From NCBI GenBank assembly GCA_964453995.1, contig CAYVQC010000007.1, positions 16,815 through 80,814 on the forward strand: DNA of 64,000 nt. Reading direction: 5' to 3'. The notes beneath the pieces were generated by a model. It searched no databases, had not been told where the DNA came from, and saw only the letters and a program-made list of their open reading frames with translations. Source of the stretch: an uncultured Bacteroidales bacterium (GTDB taxonomy: Bacteria; Bacteroidota; Bacteroidia; Bacteroidales; UBA7960). A program made the position numbers and the translations under genes. How positions within the stretch are numbered: position 1 is the first letter of the stretch; every line of letters starts with the position of its first letter. Of the stretch, positions 10,082-18,524 are shown piece after piece.

Positions 10082-10108
10082 CTTAATTTTGGGGGCTCCA
10101 AAATTAAG
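10082..10108. promoter_or_regulatory. 27-bp perfect palindrome in the divergent promoter region (candidate operator)
   Basis: cttaattttgg-gggct-ccaaaattaag: 11-bp perfect inverted arms with a 5-nt spacer. It lies about 125 bp upstream of the nuclease ATG and about 255 bp upstream of the TonB receptor ATG. Confidence 0.35.
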
Positions 10109-10231
10109 GAATTCTTTGAAATAAAAAACCAGTTTTAATAGTTAATTAAAGGATTGGGTTTTGCAACTCATATTGGGTTGGCAAAATCCCTTGCTATATT
10201 TTAAATTCAATTACCTGTAATAACTTAACAA

Positions 10232-11296
10232 ATGAAAAAAGTTCGAAGTCTGATATTGCTGCCAGGTCTTGTATCTGCTCTGTTTATTATAAACATCTTA
10301 TCCGTAAGGGGACAGGAATCAAGCCCGGAGAATAGTGTTGTTCCCATATGTGTAGCCTATTATAATGTTGAAAACTTATTTGATACTATTCACCAGTCGG
10401 GGAGTGCTGACGCTGAATTCACTCCGGAAGGAGCCAATGTTTGGAATACCAAGAAGTACAATGAAAAACTTGACCGGTTGGCGCAGGTTCTCTCCCTGAT
10501 CGGAAAAGATCTGACACCCGACGGGCCAGCAGTAGTTGGTTTATCAGAGATTGAGAATGAATCGGTAGTATGGGATCTGGCAGGCCAGGAAAGGATTAGC
10601 GACAGAAACTACCAGGTATTATTTGTTGAGGGGCGCGATCGCAGGGTGCATAATGCTTTTATGTATAACCCAAAATACTTCGAGCCTACTCATGTTACTT
10701 CAACACCGGTTCTAATGGAAGAAATTCCTGACTTCCGCACACGTAATCACCTGGTAATATCGGGGTTGTTGCTGGGAGAACCCGTTTATTTTATTGTATC
10801 GCACTGGCCCTCACGCTCAGGGGGAGAGGCAAGGAGCAGGCCCAGGCGGATTGCCGCAGCCCAGGCCACAAGGGCAACCATCGATTCCATACAATCAATT
10901 GACTCTGATGCAAAGGTCATTCTTATGGGCGACCTTAACGATGACCCCACCGATATTAGTGTTTCAAGATACCTCAATAGCGGTGGTAATAAAAGACATC
11001 TTAAAGAATCCCAGCTTTTCAATCCTTTTGTTGATTATGCCAAACGTGGTATAGGTACACTTGCCTACCGCGATTCCTGGAACCTCTTTGACCAGATCAT
11101 CTTTACACAATCATTGCTTGATGCCGATAAAGGTATTCGCTATCATAAAGCCGATATCTTTAACAAGCCCTTTCTGCGTCAGCAGGAGGGAAGGTTTAAA
11201 GGCTATCCCTTCAGAAGCTTTGGTGGGGGAGTATATCTTGGGGGGTATAGTGATCACTTTCCCGCCTATATCATTTTACTTAAAGAAATAAAATAA
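10232..11296 (+). CDS. Secreted endonuclease/exonuclease/phosphatase (DNase I-fold) family protein
   Basis: A signal peptide is followed by the EEP catalytic motif set: VAYYNVENLFD, GLSEIENE, SHWPSRSGG, MGDLNDDP, SDHFP. Confidence 0.8.
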   Translation: MKKVRSLILLPGLVSALFIINILSVRGQESSPENSVVPICVAYYNVENLFDTIHQSGSADAEFTPEGANVWNTKKYNEKLDRLAQVLSLIGKDLTPDGPAVVGLSEIENESVVWDLAGQERISDRNYQVLFVEGRDRRVHNAFMYNPKYFEPTHVTSTPVLMEEIPDFRTRNHLVISGLLLGEPVYFIVSHWPSRSGGEARSRPRRIAAAQATRATIDSIQSIDSDAKVILMGDLNDDPTDISVSRYLNSGGNKRHLKESQLFNPFVDYAKRGIGTLAYRDSWNLFDQIIFTQSLLDADKGIRYHKADIFNKPFLRQQEGRFKGYPFRSFGGGVYLGGYSDHFPAYIILLKEIK

Positions 11297-11301
11297 GGTT
11301 T

Positions 11302-11625
11302 ATGCCCAGGACTCTGATTGCAAAAATGCAGGAAAATCCGTTGTTTTTAAAAAATGCAGCAGCAAATAAAAACAACAGAAAGAAAAAAGCAAAGTATAAG
11401 AAAATCTCTTTCAAAATTACTGATGCCCAGAAAGAAGCGCTGGAAATATTATGCAAAAGGCAAAAGACCACGCCTGTTCGTTTTCTCAAATCAGTGATCA
11501 AAAAACAAACGGCCCGCTATCGATCAGCCCCGCAGCCTATAAGCTATGTTACTGAAAACCAGCTCCAGCTATTTGAAGTCGAAGAAGCCGGTCAAAATGT
11601 GTCCAAGACCCAAAAGAGAAGATAA
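11302..11625 (+). CDS. Small, very basic hypothetical protein (107 aa), possible ribbon-helix-helix fold
   Basis: It starts 6 nt after the nuclease stop. A Lys/Arg-rich tract (NKNNRKKKAKYKK) is followed by ISFKITDAQKEALEILCKRQKTTPVRFLKSVIKK, which has a strand-helix-helix pattern. The fold call is by eye only. Confidence 0.5.
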   Translation: MPRTLIAKMQENPLFLKNAAANKNNRKKKAKYKKISFKITDAQKEALEILCKRQKTTPVRFLKSVIKKQTARYRSAPQPISYVTENQLQLFEVEEAGQNVSKTQKRR

Positions 11626-11830
11626 GCTTACGGTCATGGATCAGATTTGTAAAGTTTAGTTTGGTAACCGACATGCCTTGCATAATTTGGGATGATAATT
11701 CTTAGTGCGACAGTTGTATTTATTTAATATCCCAATTTGACAATTTTTTTAAAACATCGATTATCGGATTGATAAATTGGTTAAATTTGAAGAAAAATAA
11801 TCCGAATTAATACTGTTTTTAATTCAATTC

Positions 11831-14536
11831 ATGATACCTGCCAGCTTACTTCCATTTTTCGCCTCCCCACATATTTTGTGTTTGTTATTATCCGATAACG
11901 CCATGGAATCAACCATTAAGGGTTTATCAACAAATACTGGATCGGTTCCTGGATTATTGTTGTTTTTAAACCTGGAACCCGGATACCTTTTGTTTTTACT
12001 TGTCTTTTTACTGGTATTGTCAGTTCTTTTTGTTGGTAAATTAATCTGGGACAATTCATTAAAAAAAGCATCAAACAGAAAACTCTCAGAATATATTGCC
12101 TCGCAATCCCAAACGCAGAAATCCACAAACTACGAAATTAAAAGTGATGTTGACCAGCAAAAGAAGCAGACCGGAGTCTCCGGCAGCACACTGGATAAGG
12201 AAACAAGTGGAGTTTCAGACCACACAAGCAGAAAAATTCCTGATATACCTTTTCATTATCGCCAAATCATTACGAGCGATGATTTTGCCAGGTTGTCAGA
12301 ATTATTCGACGATTTCATTATTGAATTTGACAACCGCGGGCAATTGCTTTTCACCAACAATGCTTTTCAAAAATTCGTTGCAAAAGCTGGCCTCGACTAT
12401 GATCCGGGGAAAAAAACTTCTCTTTACGATTATCTGCATCCTGATTACATTGCATCTTTGAAAAATGAGTTGCAAAGAATAGCTGTTGACGAGCAGAGAA
12501 CGCATATCACAGAAATCAGGTTAAAAGCTCCTGAAAATCTCATTTTCGAAGCTTATTTTTTCCCCACTATCAAAGATGGAAAGACTATATCTGTTAAATC
12601 TGTGTGGGTTGATATTACAAATATCCTCCAAAAAGAAGATACCATAAGCATTCTGGATGATGTAGTAAGAAATATAGGTTTGGGTATAAATGTTTTCAGT
12701 CAGAAAAAAGCAGGAGATCCTTTCAGTTTTACACTTGAGATGATCAATGAAGCATCAGGCCATATGCTTAGGTTTTCATCTCCCGAAAACGTTGGAAAGC
12801 AAATAAAGGATGTTTCGCCTCTCTTAATACAAAACAAAATCCATCTTAAATTTCAGCAGGTATTAAGTACACAAACTCCTTATGAAATTGATGATTTTCA
12901 TTACCAGCCAGACCTAACCTGGAAAGCCAAAACACTTAGCATCAAAATTTTTCCCATTCCGGAAGACCGTGTCGTTATGCTTATGGAAGATATCACTGGC
13001 AGGAAAAGTGAGGAGCAGAAATATAAAATGACGAGTTTTGGTATTGAGAACGCCGGCGACATGATTTTTTGGATTGATGAGAATGCCAGGTTTCTTTTTG
13101 CTAATGGCACATCAGCAAAAAAGTATGGGTACTCTAAGGAGAAGCTTCTGGAAATGTCCCTCACTGATATTGACTCCAGGATTACAATGATGCAATGGTT
13201 TGAGCTGGTTCAAATCCTTGAAAACAAGTCTTCCCTAACCATGGAATCAATCAATAAAACACGTGATGGAGAGGCCTTTCCTGTGGAGGTTTCTATAAAT
13301 AAACTCGTGTTTGGGGGAAAGAAGTATTTTCTGACTTTTATCAGAGATGTGAGTGAACGAAAACGAAACGATGAGCTGGAGCAGAAGATCCAGGTAGCAC
13401 GAAAGTCAGCAGCACTGAAACAACAATTCCTGGCCAACATGAGCCACGAAATCCGCACCCCCATGACAGGTATAATGGGAATGACCTCACTGCTCATGCG
13501 CACCAATCTGAGCCCGGCCCAGGTTGAGTATGTAAGGAATATTAAGATCTCCTCAGAGAACCTGCTGAATATAATCAACGATGTTCTTGATCTTAGTAAG
13601 ATTGAGGCAGGAAAAATGGAGCTCAAGCCTAACCGCATTTACTTCAGGGAGTTTGTGAAGGATATTAAAGAGATGTTTCAGCACCAGGCACAAAGCAAGG
13701 GTCTGCGCTTCACAACTTTTGTTGAGCCCCGGGTGCCTGCGGTACTTGTTGTTGATGATCATCGGCTGAAGCAAATAATTAACAATTTACTTTCCAATGC
13801 CTTCAAGTTTACTGATGAAGGGGAGGTGTCTGTAAGGTTTGAGGTATTGCGCAGAGATGATAAAGAAGTTTTGATCAAATGCCATGTAAAGGACAGCGGG
13901 ATGGGTATTGGCGAAGAAAATCAAAAACAGATCTTTGAGAAATTTACCCAGATTGATACTTCACAGATCAGACCCTTCGAAGGAACCGGGCTGGGGCTGG
14001 CCATTTGCCGCGAACTAACCCATCTGATGGGAGGAGAGATCAGTGTAAAAAGTGAATGGGGCCAGGGAAGTATTTTTAGTTTTTCTTTTGTAGCCGGATA
14101 TGATGAAGACGAAACCATTGAGCCTTCAGAAAAGAAAAAGAAAGACTTTATTGACCTAAAGCTTAATGTACTTCATGTAGAGGATAAGCTGTTGAATCAA
14201 AAAGTAGTGGGATTTATCCTGTTCAATGCTGGCTGCAATGTCGACTTTGTGAAAAATGGCCAGGAAGCCATTGACTATTATGCACCCGGCAAGTACGACA
14301 TCATTCTTATGGATATTCAAATGCCTGTAATGGACGGTATTACTGCCTACAAGGAGCTAAAAAGGCTCTATGGAGATAAATTGTGCCCGGTAATAGGACT
14401 CAGTGCCAATGCCCTTGAGGGTGATGCACAGAAATATATGTCGTTGGGTCTCGACGATTATATAATCAAACCTTTTCAGCCTAATGTACTCTACGAGAAG
14501 CTAATAAAATGGGGAGGAAAACTCAAACAGCAGTAA
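11831..14536 (+). CDS. Hybrid sensor histidine kinase (TM, PAS-like regions, HisKA, HATPase, receiver)
   Basis: The H-box is FLANMSHEIRTPMTGIMG. ATPase boxes are LSNAFKFT, DSGMGI and GTGLGLAI. The C-terminal receiver contains ILMDIQMPVMDG. One TM helix is present (YLLFLLVFLLVLSVLFVG). The true start may be the ATG at 11903 (MESTIKG). Confidence 0.85.
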   Translation: MIPASLLPFFASPHILCLLLSDNAMESTIKGLSTNTGSVPGLLLFLNLEPGYLLFLLVFLLVLSVLFVGKLIWDNSLKKASNRKLSEYIASQSQTQKSTNYEIKSDVDQQKKQTGVSGSTLDKETSGVSDHTSRKIPDIPFHYRQIITSDDFARLSELFDDFIIEFDNRGQLLFTNNAFQKFVAKAGLDYDPGKKTSLYDYLHPDYIASLKNELQRIAVDEQRTHITEIRLKAPENLIFEAYFFPTIKDGKTISVKSVWVDITNILQKEDTISILDDVVRNIGLGINVFSQKKAGDPFSFTLEMINEASGHMLRFSSPENVGKQIKDVSPLLIQNKIHLKFQQVLSTQTPYEIDDFHYQPDLTWKAKTLSIKIFPIPEDRVVMLMEDITGRKSEEQKYKMTSFGIENAGDMIFWIDENARFLFANGTSAKKYGYSKEKLLEMSLTDIDSRITMMQWFELVQILENKSSLTMESINKTRDGEAFPVEVSINKLVFGGKKYFLTFIRDVSERKRNDELEQKIQVARKSAALKQQFLANMSHEIRTPMTGIMGMTSLLMRTNLSPAQVEYVRNIKISSENLLNIINDVLDLSKIEAGKMELKPNRIYFREFVKDIKEMFQHQAQSKGLRFTTFVEPRVPAVLVVDDHRLKQIINNLLSNAFKFTDEGEVSVRFEVLRRDDKEVLIKCHVKDSGMGIGEENQKQIFEKFTQIDTSQIRPFEGTGLGLAICRELTHLMGGEISVKSEWGQGSIFSFSFVAGYDEDETIEPSEKKKKDFIDLKLNVLHVEDKLLNQKVVGFILFNAGCNVDFVKNGQEAIDYYAPGKYDIILMDIQMPVMDGITAYKELKRLYGDKLCPVIGLSANALEGDAQKYMSLGLDDYIIKPFQPNVLYEKLIKWGGKLKQQ

Positions 14537-14654
14537 TAATGTTTCTCTACCTAGCCGGGATTCCAGAAAAGTAACCCTAAAATGCAGGAAAACAGGTTGT
14601 TGTGTATTGGCGGGATTTTTTTTGTAATTCTCTTTTCAGAAAATAAAAATGTAG

Positions 14655-14662
14655 TATATTTG
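14655..14662 (+). promoter_or_regulatory. Bacteroidota -7 promoter box (TAnnTTTG) for tRNA-His
   Basis: TATATTTG is an exact match, 16 nt upstream of the tRNA 5' end. The nearest upstream TTTG (14621..14624) is farther than the usual -33 spacing. Confidence 0.55.
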
Positions 14663-14677
14663 CACTCGCATTTAAAC

Positions 14678-14754
14678 GGTGGCCATAGCTCAGTCGGTTA
14701 GAGCATCAGATTGTGGTTCTGAGGGTCGTGGGTTCGAATCCCATTGGCCACCCA
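14678..14754 (+). tRNA. tRNA-His (anticodon GTG) with genomically encoded G-1
   Basis: The cloverleaf was folded by hand. G-1 is followed by acceptor GTGGCCA/TGGCCAC. The D arm is GCTC-AGTCGGTTA-GAGC. The anticodon arm is TCAGA-TTGTGGT-TCTGA (GTG at positions 34-36). The T arm is GTGGG-TTCGAAT-CCCAT. The discriminator is C73, then CA. A full CCA is not encoded after C73. Confidence 0.9.
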
Positions 14755-14760
14755 GGCAAA

Positions 14761-14797
14761 AAAAAAGAGGCTGTTTTTTAACGGCCTCTTTTTTTTT
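14761..14797. terminator. Bidirectional intrinsic terminator (tRNA-His on the plus strand, OM barrel gene on the minus strand)
   Basis: The stem is gaggctg / cggcctc with an 8-nt loop. An A-run lies upstream and a 9-nt T-run downstream, so it reads as hairpin plus U-tract on both strands. Confidence 0.7.
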
Positions 14798-14810
14798 AAG
14801 TCATTTTGTG

Positions 14811-15287
14811 TTATTCAATTGTATACCGCAATGTTAAGCCCCCTGAAAACCAAAATTGCGTAACCCCCAGAATGCTAAATGCCGGTGTAACGTCAAAACC
14901 AATACTTACAGGTATGTCTTCCAGTTTGTATTCAATTCCTACAACCCCCATAACACCCACACTCAAAAAGTTTCCGGTTTGTTCTGCGCCAAACCATGGA
15001 CTGTATACACGGTCGTAGAAACCAAGATTTGCACCCGCTCCGTAATACCAGTTCATACCTGGGGTTTCAAAAGCAAGCGTGTGCTTCTGATACATTCCCG
15101 CAATCATAACCCCCCGGTAGTGAGTGGCCAGCACCCCTTCAAGGGCATCTGTTTCTGAAATAAAATGTTTTATGGACAATCCGCTAAACCATCCGCCACG
15201 TACCCCAATACCGGTTCTGTAATCCTGTGCATTTACACTTATGATACCGGCTAAAAATATCAATGAAACAATCGTCAGTTTTTTCAT
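14811..15287 (-). CDS. Small outer-membrane beta-barrel protein (158 aa)
   Basis: A signal peptide ends in VNAQ. Alternating hydrophobic/Gly/aromatic strands follow. The C-terminus is GGLTLRYTIE. Confidence 0.65.
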   Translation of the reverse strand: MKKLTIVSLIFLAGIISVNAQDYRTGIGVRGGWFSGLSIKHFISETDALEGVLATHYRGVMIAGMYQKHTLAFETPGMNWYYGAGANLGFYDRVYSPWFGAEQTGNFLSVGVMGVVGIEYKLEDIPVSIGFDVTPAFSILGVTQFWFSGGLTLRYTIE

Positions 15288-15440
15288 AAAATTTCAGTTT
15301 AAAAGAGTTTGAATATTTGTATTTGTTTGATCACTATGTTTTAAGAAATTGCAATTTAACAATAATAAATTAAATATCCAAAGTAAAAACAACTCATACG
15401 GGGTTTTGAAGACTGACTTTGCAATAGGGCCGCTGAGTTA

Positions 15441-16574
15441 TCAGGGGGGAAGATACAACCATGTCCAAATGGGGTAATGATCGGAATAGTTATGCTTGCC
15501 GGTGGTAAAATTGTATGGGGTAAACTCATCAGAATGAAAAATATAATCGATTCTGAGTCCGGGAATATTGCTGATGTAGGTTTGTCCCATTCCGGATCCG
15601 CTCCCGAATGCGTCTGACAGGTGTCCTGAAGCTTTTCGGTAAGCCCAGGAAGCAGGAATATCGTTGAAGTCACCGGCCAGAACTACCGGATACGGGCAGC
15701 TTTGGATATGCTCCATTACCGTTTCAACCTGAGAAGCTCTGTGGTTAAATGCTTTTCGCATGCGATTGAGAATTCGCTGCCCACCTTTTTTAAAGGATTC
15801 GGTATCGAAGTTGGGGCCGGGGTTGGAAATGCTTTCCACAAACACATAATCTTCGGGGCTCAACCCGATAGACTCAAAATGAACATTATAAACCCGAATG
15901 GTATCGCTACCGATCTTAATATCGGAATAAATACACAAATTGCCCATTTGTGTCGGAAATTCAATCTCACCCTTGTTTACAATAGGATATGCTGAAAAGG
16001 TTGCCAGCCCGAAAAAATTGATGTTTCTGGATGATTTGTTAAACACTATATGAACGCGGTTTGCCTTCACCAGCAATGGCAGGGTGTCAAGGGTTTTAAA
16101 TTTTCCTGTTGCATCGTGCACGAACTCCTGGAAACAGATGATATCGAATTCTTCTTCCTGCAGAAATCTGAAAATATTGTTCCTTTCAGTAAAATTCAAT
16201 TCCCAGCGGGGTCCATAGTTATACAGATCAAAAACCTTCACATTGTAGCTCAAAATTTTAATGTTTTTTCCTTCTTGCGGCAGAGGCTTATGGGTGTGGT
16301 TGAACTGAATGAAGCTTTGCACATGTTCCCATCCTATAAGAATGGTCAGCAACGAAATAAGAAAATAGGCTTTGAACCGGATCAGCCAAAACAGCACAAA
16401 CAAAACATTGACAACAAATAAGACGGGATACAGAAAACCGGCAAAAGCAAAGGGCCAGAGGGTGGCCGGATTGACCAACACACCCAGGTACACCAGCAGA
16501 AGGCCTGCTACAGCCAATGAATTGAAAACCAAAAATATTCTGGTTGTTAGGGATTTGCCTGATTTTGTTTTCAC
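15441..16574 (-). CDS. Membrane-anchored endonuclease/exonuclease/phosphatase family protein
   Basis: Several N-terminal TM helices are followed by EEP motifs: ILSYNVKVF, CFQEF, YNVHFES, AGDFNDIP, YSDHYPI. Confidence 0.8.
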   Translation of the reverse strand: MKTKSGKSLTTRIFLVFNSLAVAGLLLVYLGVLVNPATLWPFAFAGFLYPVLFVVNVLFVLFWLIRFKAYFLISLLTILIGWEHVQSFIQFNHTHKPLPQEGKNIKILSYNVKVFDLYNYGPRWELNFTERNNIFRFLQEEEFDIICFQEFVHDATGKFKTLDTLPLLVKANRVHIVFNKSSRNINFFGLATFSAYPIVNKGEIEFPTQMGNLCIYSDIKIGSDTIRVYNVHFESIGLSPEDYVFVESISNPGPNFDTESFKKGGQRILNRMRKAFNHRASQVETVMEHIQSCPYPVVLAGDFNDIPASWAYRKASGHLSDAFGSGSGMGQTYISNIPGLRIDYIFHSDEFTPYNFTTGKHNYSDHYPIWTWLYLPP

Positions 16575-16593
16575 ACCTAAATGACTTTTAGGT

Positions 16594-17490
16594 TTATTCT
16601 TTGTCGCTCATTTTAAACAGGAGATCTTTCTCTTCTGTTGTAAGGCTTTGGTAGCCATGTTGCGAGATTTTATCAAGGATTTTATCCAGTTTTTTCTGGT
16701 TCTCGGCTCTCTGCCTGTTGTATTCCTCATCAGAAACAGGTCTCTGGCTATTGTACCTTACACGCATCCTGGGGCGTGGTTTAAATATTGCTGTAATTGC
16801 ACTCACCCATTTACCCAGGAACTTAGCCGGATCTTTTCCGGTTTTGAGGATCGAAATGTAAAGAAACCCCCATAAGGCCCCGCCCAAATGCGCCAGGTGC
16901 CCGCCCGGATTACCCTGGTCAATACTGATCAGGTCTATTACAACAAAAAACAGGGCAATATATTTCAATCTTATCCTTCCGATCAGAATAAGGGGTAGTT
17001 CAAAGTTGGGGCGATAAGTGGCAATAGCTACAAAAATAGCCAGTACTGAGGCTGATGCACCTATGGCTGCTGCAATGCCCTTTACACTTCCGAATACCGG
17101 GAAAATATTGTACGACACAATAAAAAACAATGCCCCCATCAAACCACCAATCAGATAGGTACCCGTCATTCTTTCTTCACCCAGAAAATCGCGGAATATT
17201 CTACCGCCAATATACAGCATAAGCATATTGAAGAAGATGTGAAAGAAATCCAGGTGAAGGAACATGTAAGTAACAAGTGTCCATGGGCGGCCCAATATGG
17301 TTTCAGGGTTGGAAGAAACTCCAAACCAGTGGATTATACCCTCATAAGCGGGAGAGGCATTGGAGAGAAAAAAGATTACCCTAACAATGCCGGCAATTAC
17401 AAATATGACAACGTTTATCCCTATAAGTCGGGAAAGCACTGATCCCTTTACAAAAAAATTCTTTATTTCTTCCCAGATTGATGATTGCAT
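16594..17490 (-). CDS. Rhomboid-family intramembrane serine protease with a charged C-terminal tail
   Basis: Motifs are HIFFNMLMLY, IGASASV (the Ser is retained but the motif is GxSA rather than GxSG) and AHLGGALWG. A ~75-aa basic/acidic C-terminal extension is present. Confidence 0.75.
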   Translation of the reverse strand: MQSSIWEEIKNFFVKGSVLSRLIGINVVIFVIAGIVRVIFFLSNASPAYEGIIHWFGVSSNPETILGRPWTLVTYMFLHLDFFHIFFNMLMLYIGGRIFRDFLGEERMTGTYLIGGLMGALFFIVSYNIFPVFGSVKGIAAAIGASASVLAIFVAIATYRPNFELPLILIGRIRLKYIALFFVVIDLISIDQGNPGGHLAHLGGALWGFLYISILKTGKDPAKFLGKWVSAITAIFKPRPRMRVRYNSQRPVSDEEYNRQRAENQKKLDKILDKISQHGYQSLTTEEKDLLFKMSDKE

Positions 17491-17513
17491 ATGAATGGGT
17501 TATTGCATTAAAG

Positions 17514-18263
17514 TTAGTACAGCTTTCCCTTACTTTTCCAATATTTGATCAGTAGATACCCGATTATCATCCCACCAAGATGGGCAAAGTGAGCAATATT
17601 GCTTCCCGGGCGCGAAAGTCCCAGGTAGAGTTCAACAGCACCGTAAATCATTACAAAATATTTGGCTTTAATAGGAATGGCAAAGAAAAGATAAATCAAA
17701 GAATTGGGGAACATCATACCAAATCCCAGTAATATGCCAAAAACAGCTCCCGATGCACCCACTACAGGAATGTAATACTTCATTAAATAACTACGCAGAA
17801 GAGATTCGGAAGTGCCGGGTAAGATCTGGTATTGTCCACTGTTTAAAAATGTCCTCAGATCAGAAGCCGAATAACCCGCGGTCAGTAATTCACTTTTTAC
17901 TACCTGCATTTCAATATAGTTGACCCCCAAATACAAAATCGCAGCCCCTAATCCGGTAATCAGGTAATAGGTAAGAAATCGTTTTGGGCCCCATACATTC
18001 TCAAGTACATTGCCAAACATCCACAAGGCAAACATATTGAAAAAAAGGTGAGTAAAGCCCCCATGCATAAACATATGGGTGACAAACTGATAGGGCTCAA
18101 ACCTGGGCGATCCGGGCATATACAAACCCAACTCCTGTATCAGGTCTATATTGAATGCCATACCCAGCGAGAGGGTTGCCAGAAAAAATAATCCGTTAAT
18201 GATCAAAAGATTTTTTACTACAGGGGGTAAAATGGTAAATCCGCCAGGTCTGAATTGTTGCAT
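17514..18263 (-). CDS. Rhomboid-family intramembrane serine protease
   Basis: Motifs are HLFFNMFALW, GASGAVFGILLG (GxSG) and AHLGGMIIG. Confidence 0.85.
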   Translation of the reverse strand: MQQFRPGGFTILPPVVKNLLIINGLFFLATLSLGMAFNIDLIQELGLYMPGSPRFEPYQFVTHMFMHGGFTHLFFNMFALWMFGNVLENVWGPKRFLTYYLITGLGAAILYLGVNYIEMQVVKSELLTAGYSASDLRTFLNSGQYQILPGTSESLLRSYLMKYYIPVVGASGAVFGILLGFGMMFPNSLIYLFFAIPIKAKYFVMIYGAVELYLGLSRPGSNIAHFAHLGGMIIGYLLIKYWKSKGKLY

Positions 18264-18288
18264 GTATAAAAAATTTAAATCGTATCAA

Positions 18289-18296
18289 CAAAAATA
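18289..18296 (-). promoter_or_regulatory. Candidate -7 box (TATTTTTG on the minus strand) for the rhomboid operon
   Basis: The plus strand reads CAAAAATA, 26 nt upstream of the ATG at 18263. A second identical match lies at 18398..18405. Confidence 0.4.
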
Positions 18297-18524
18297 ACAA
18301 GTATGCTGATGTTATGTTTACACTGTTACTTTATATAATGCCCTTGGGTGACCCGTTGATTTATCAGTATTCACGCCGGGTTTCAAAAGGCAAGTTGCAA
18401 AAATACTTCTTTTTATGATCAGCCTGTTTTAAGAAACGCAAAACGTCTCATCTTTCAGGCAATTATTGGCCATTTCACATGTCAACAAAAAGGGTGTGAC
18501 CTTAAAATGGGAATCTATGTGCAT

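Noticed and set aside
14678-14800. tRNA-His as an integration site for a genomic island
   Set aside because: There is no integrase, recombinase or phage gene on either side, and I did not notice a second copy of the tRNA 3' end in the window. Both flanks carry ordinary chromosomal genes. My search was by eye and not exhaustive.
15441-16574. Second EEP-fold gene as part of the putative nuclease/uptake locus
   Set aside because: It lies 4 kb away, beyond the kinase, the tRNA and an outer-membrane gene. It is polytopic-membrane-anchored rather than secreted, and it is tightly linked (19-nt gap) to the rhomboid/mutL block instead.
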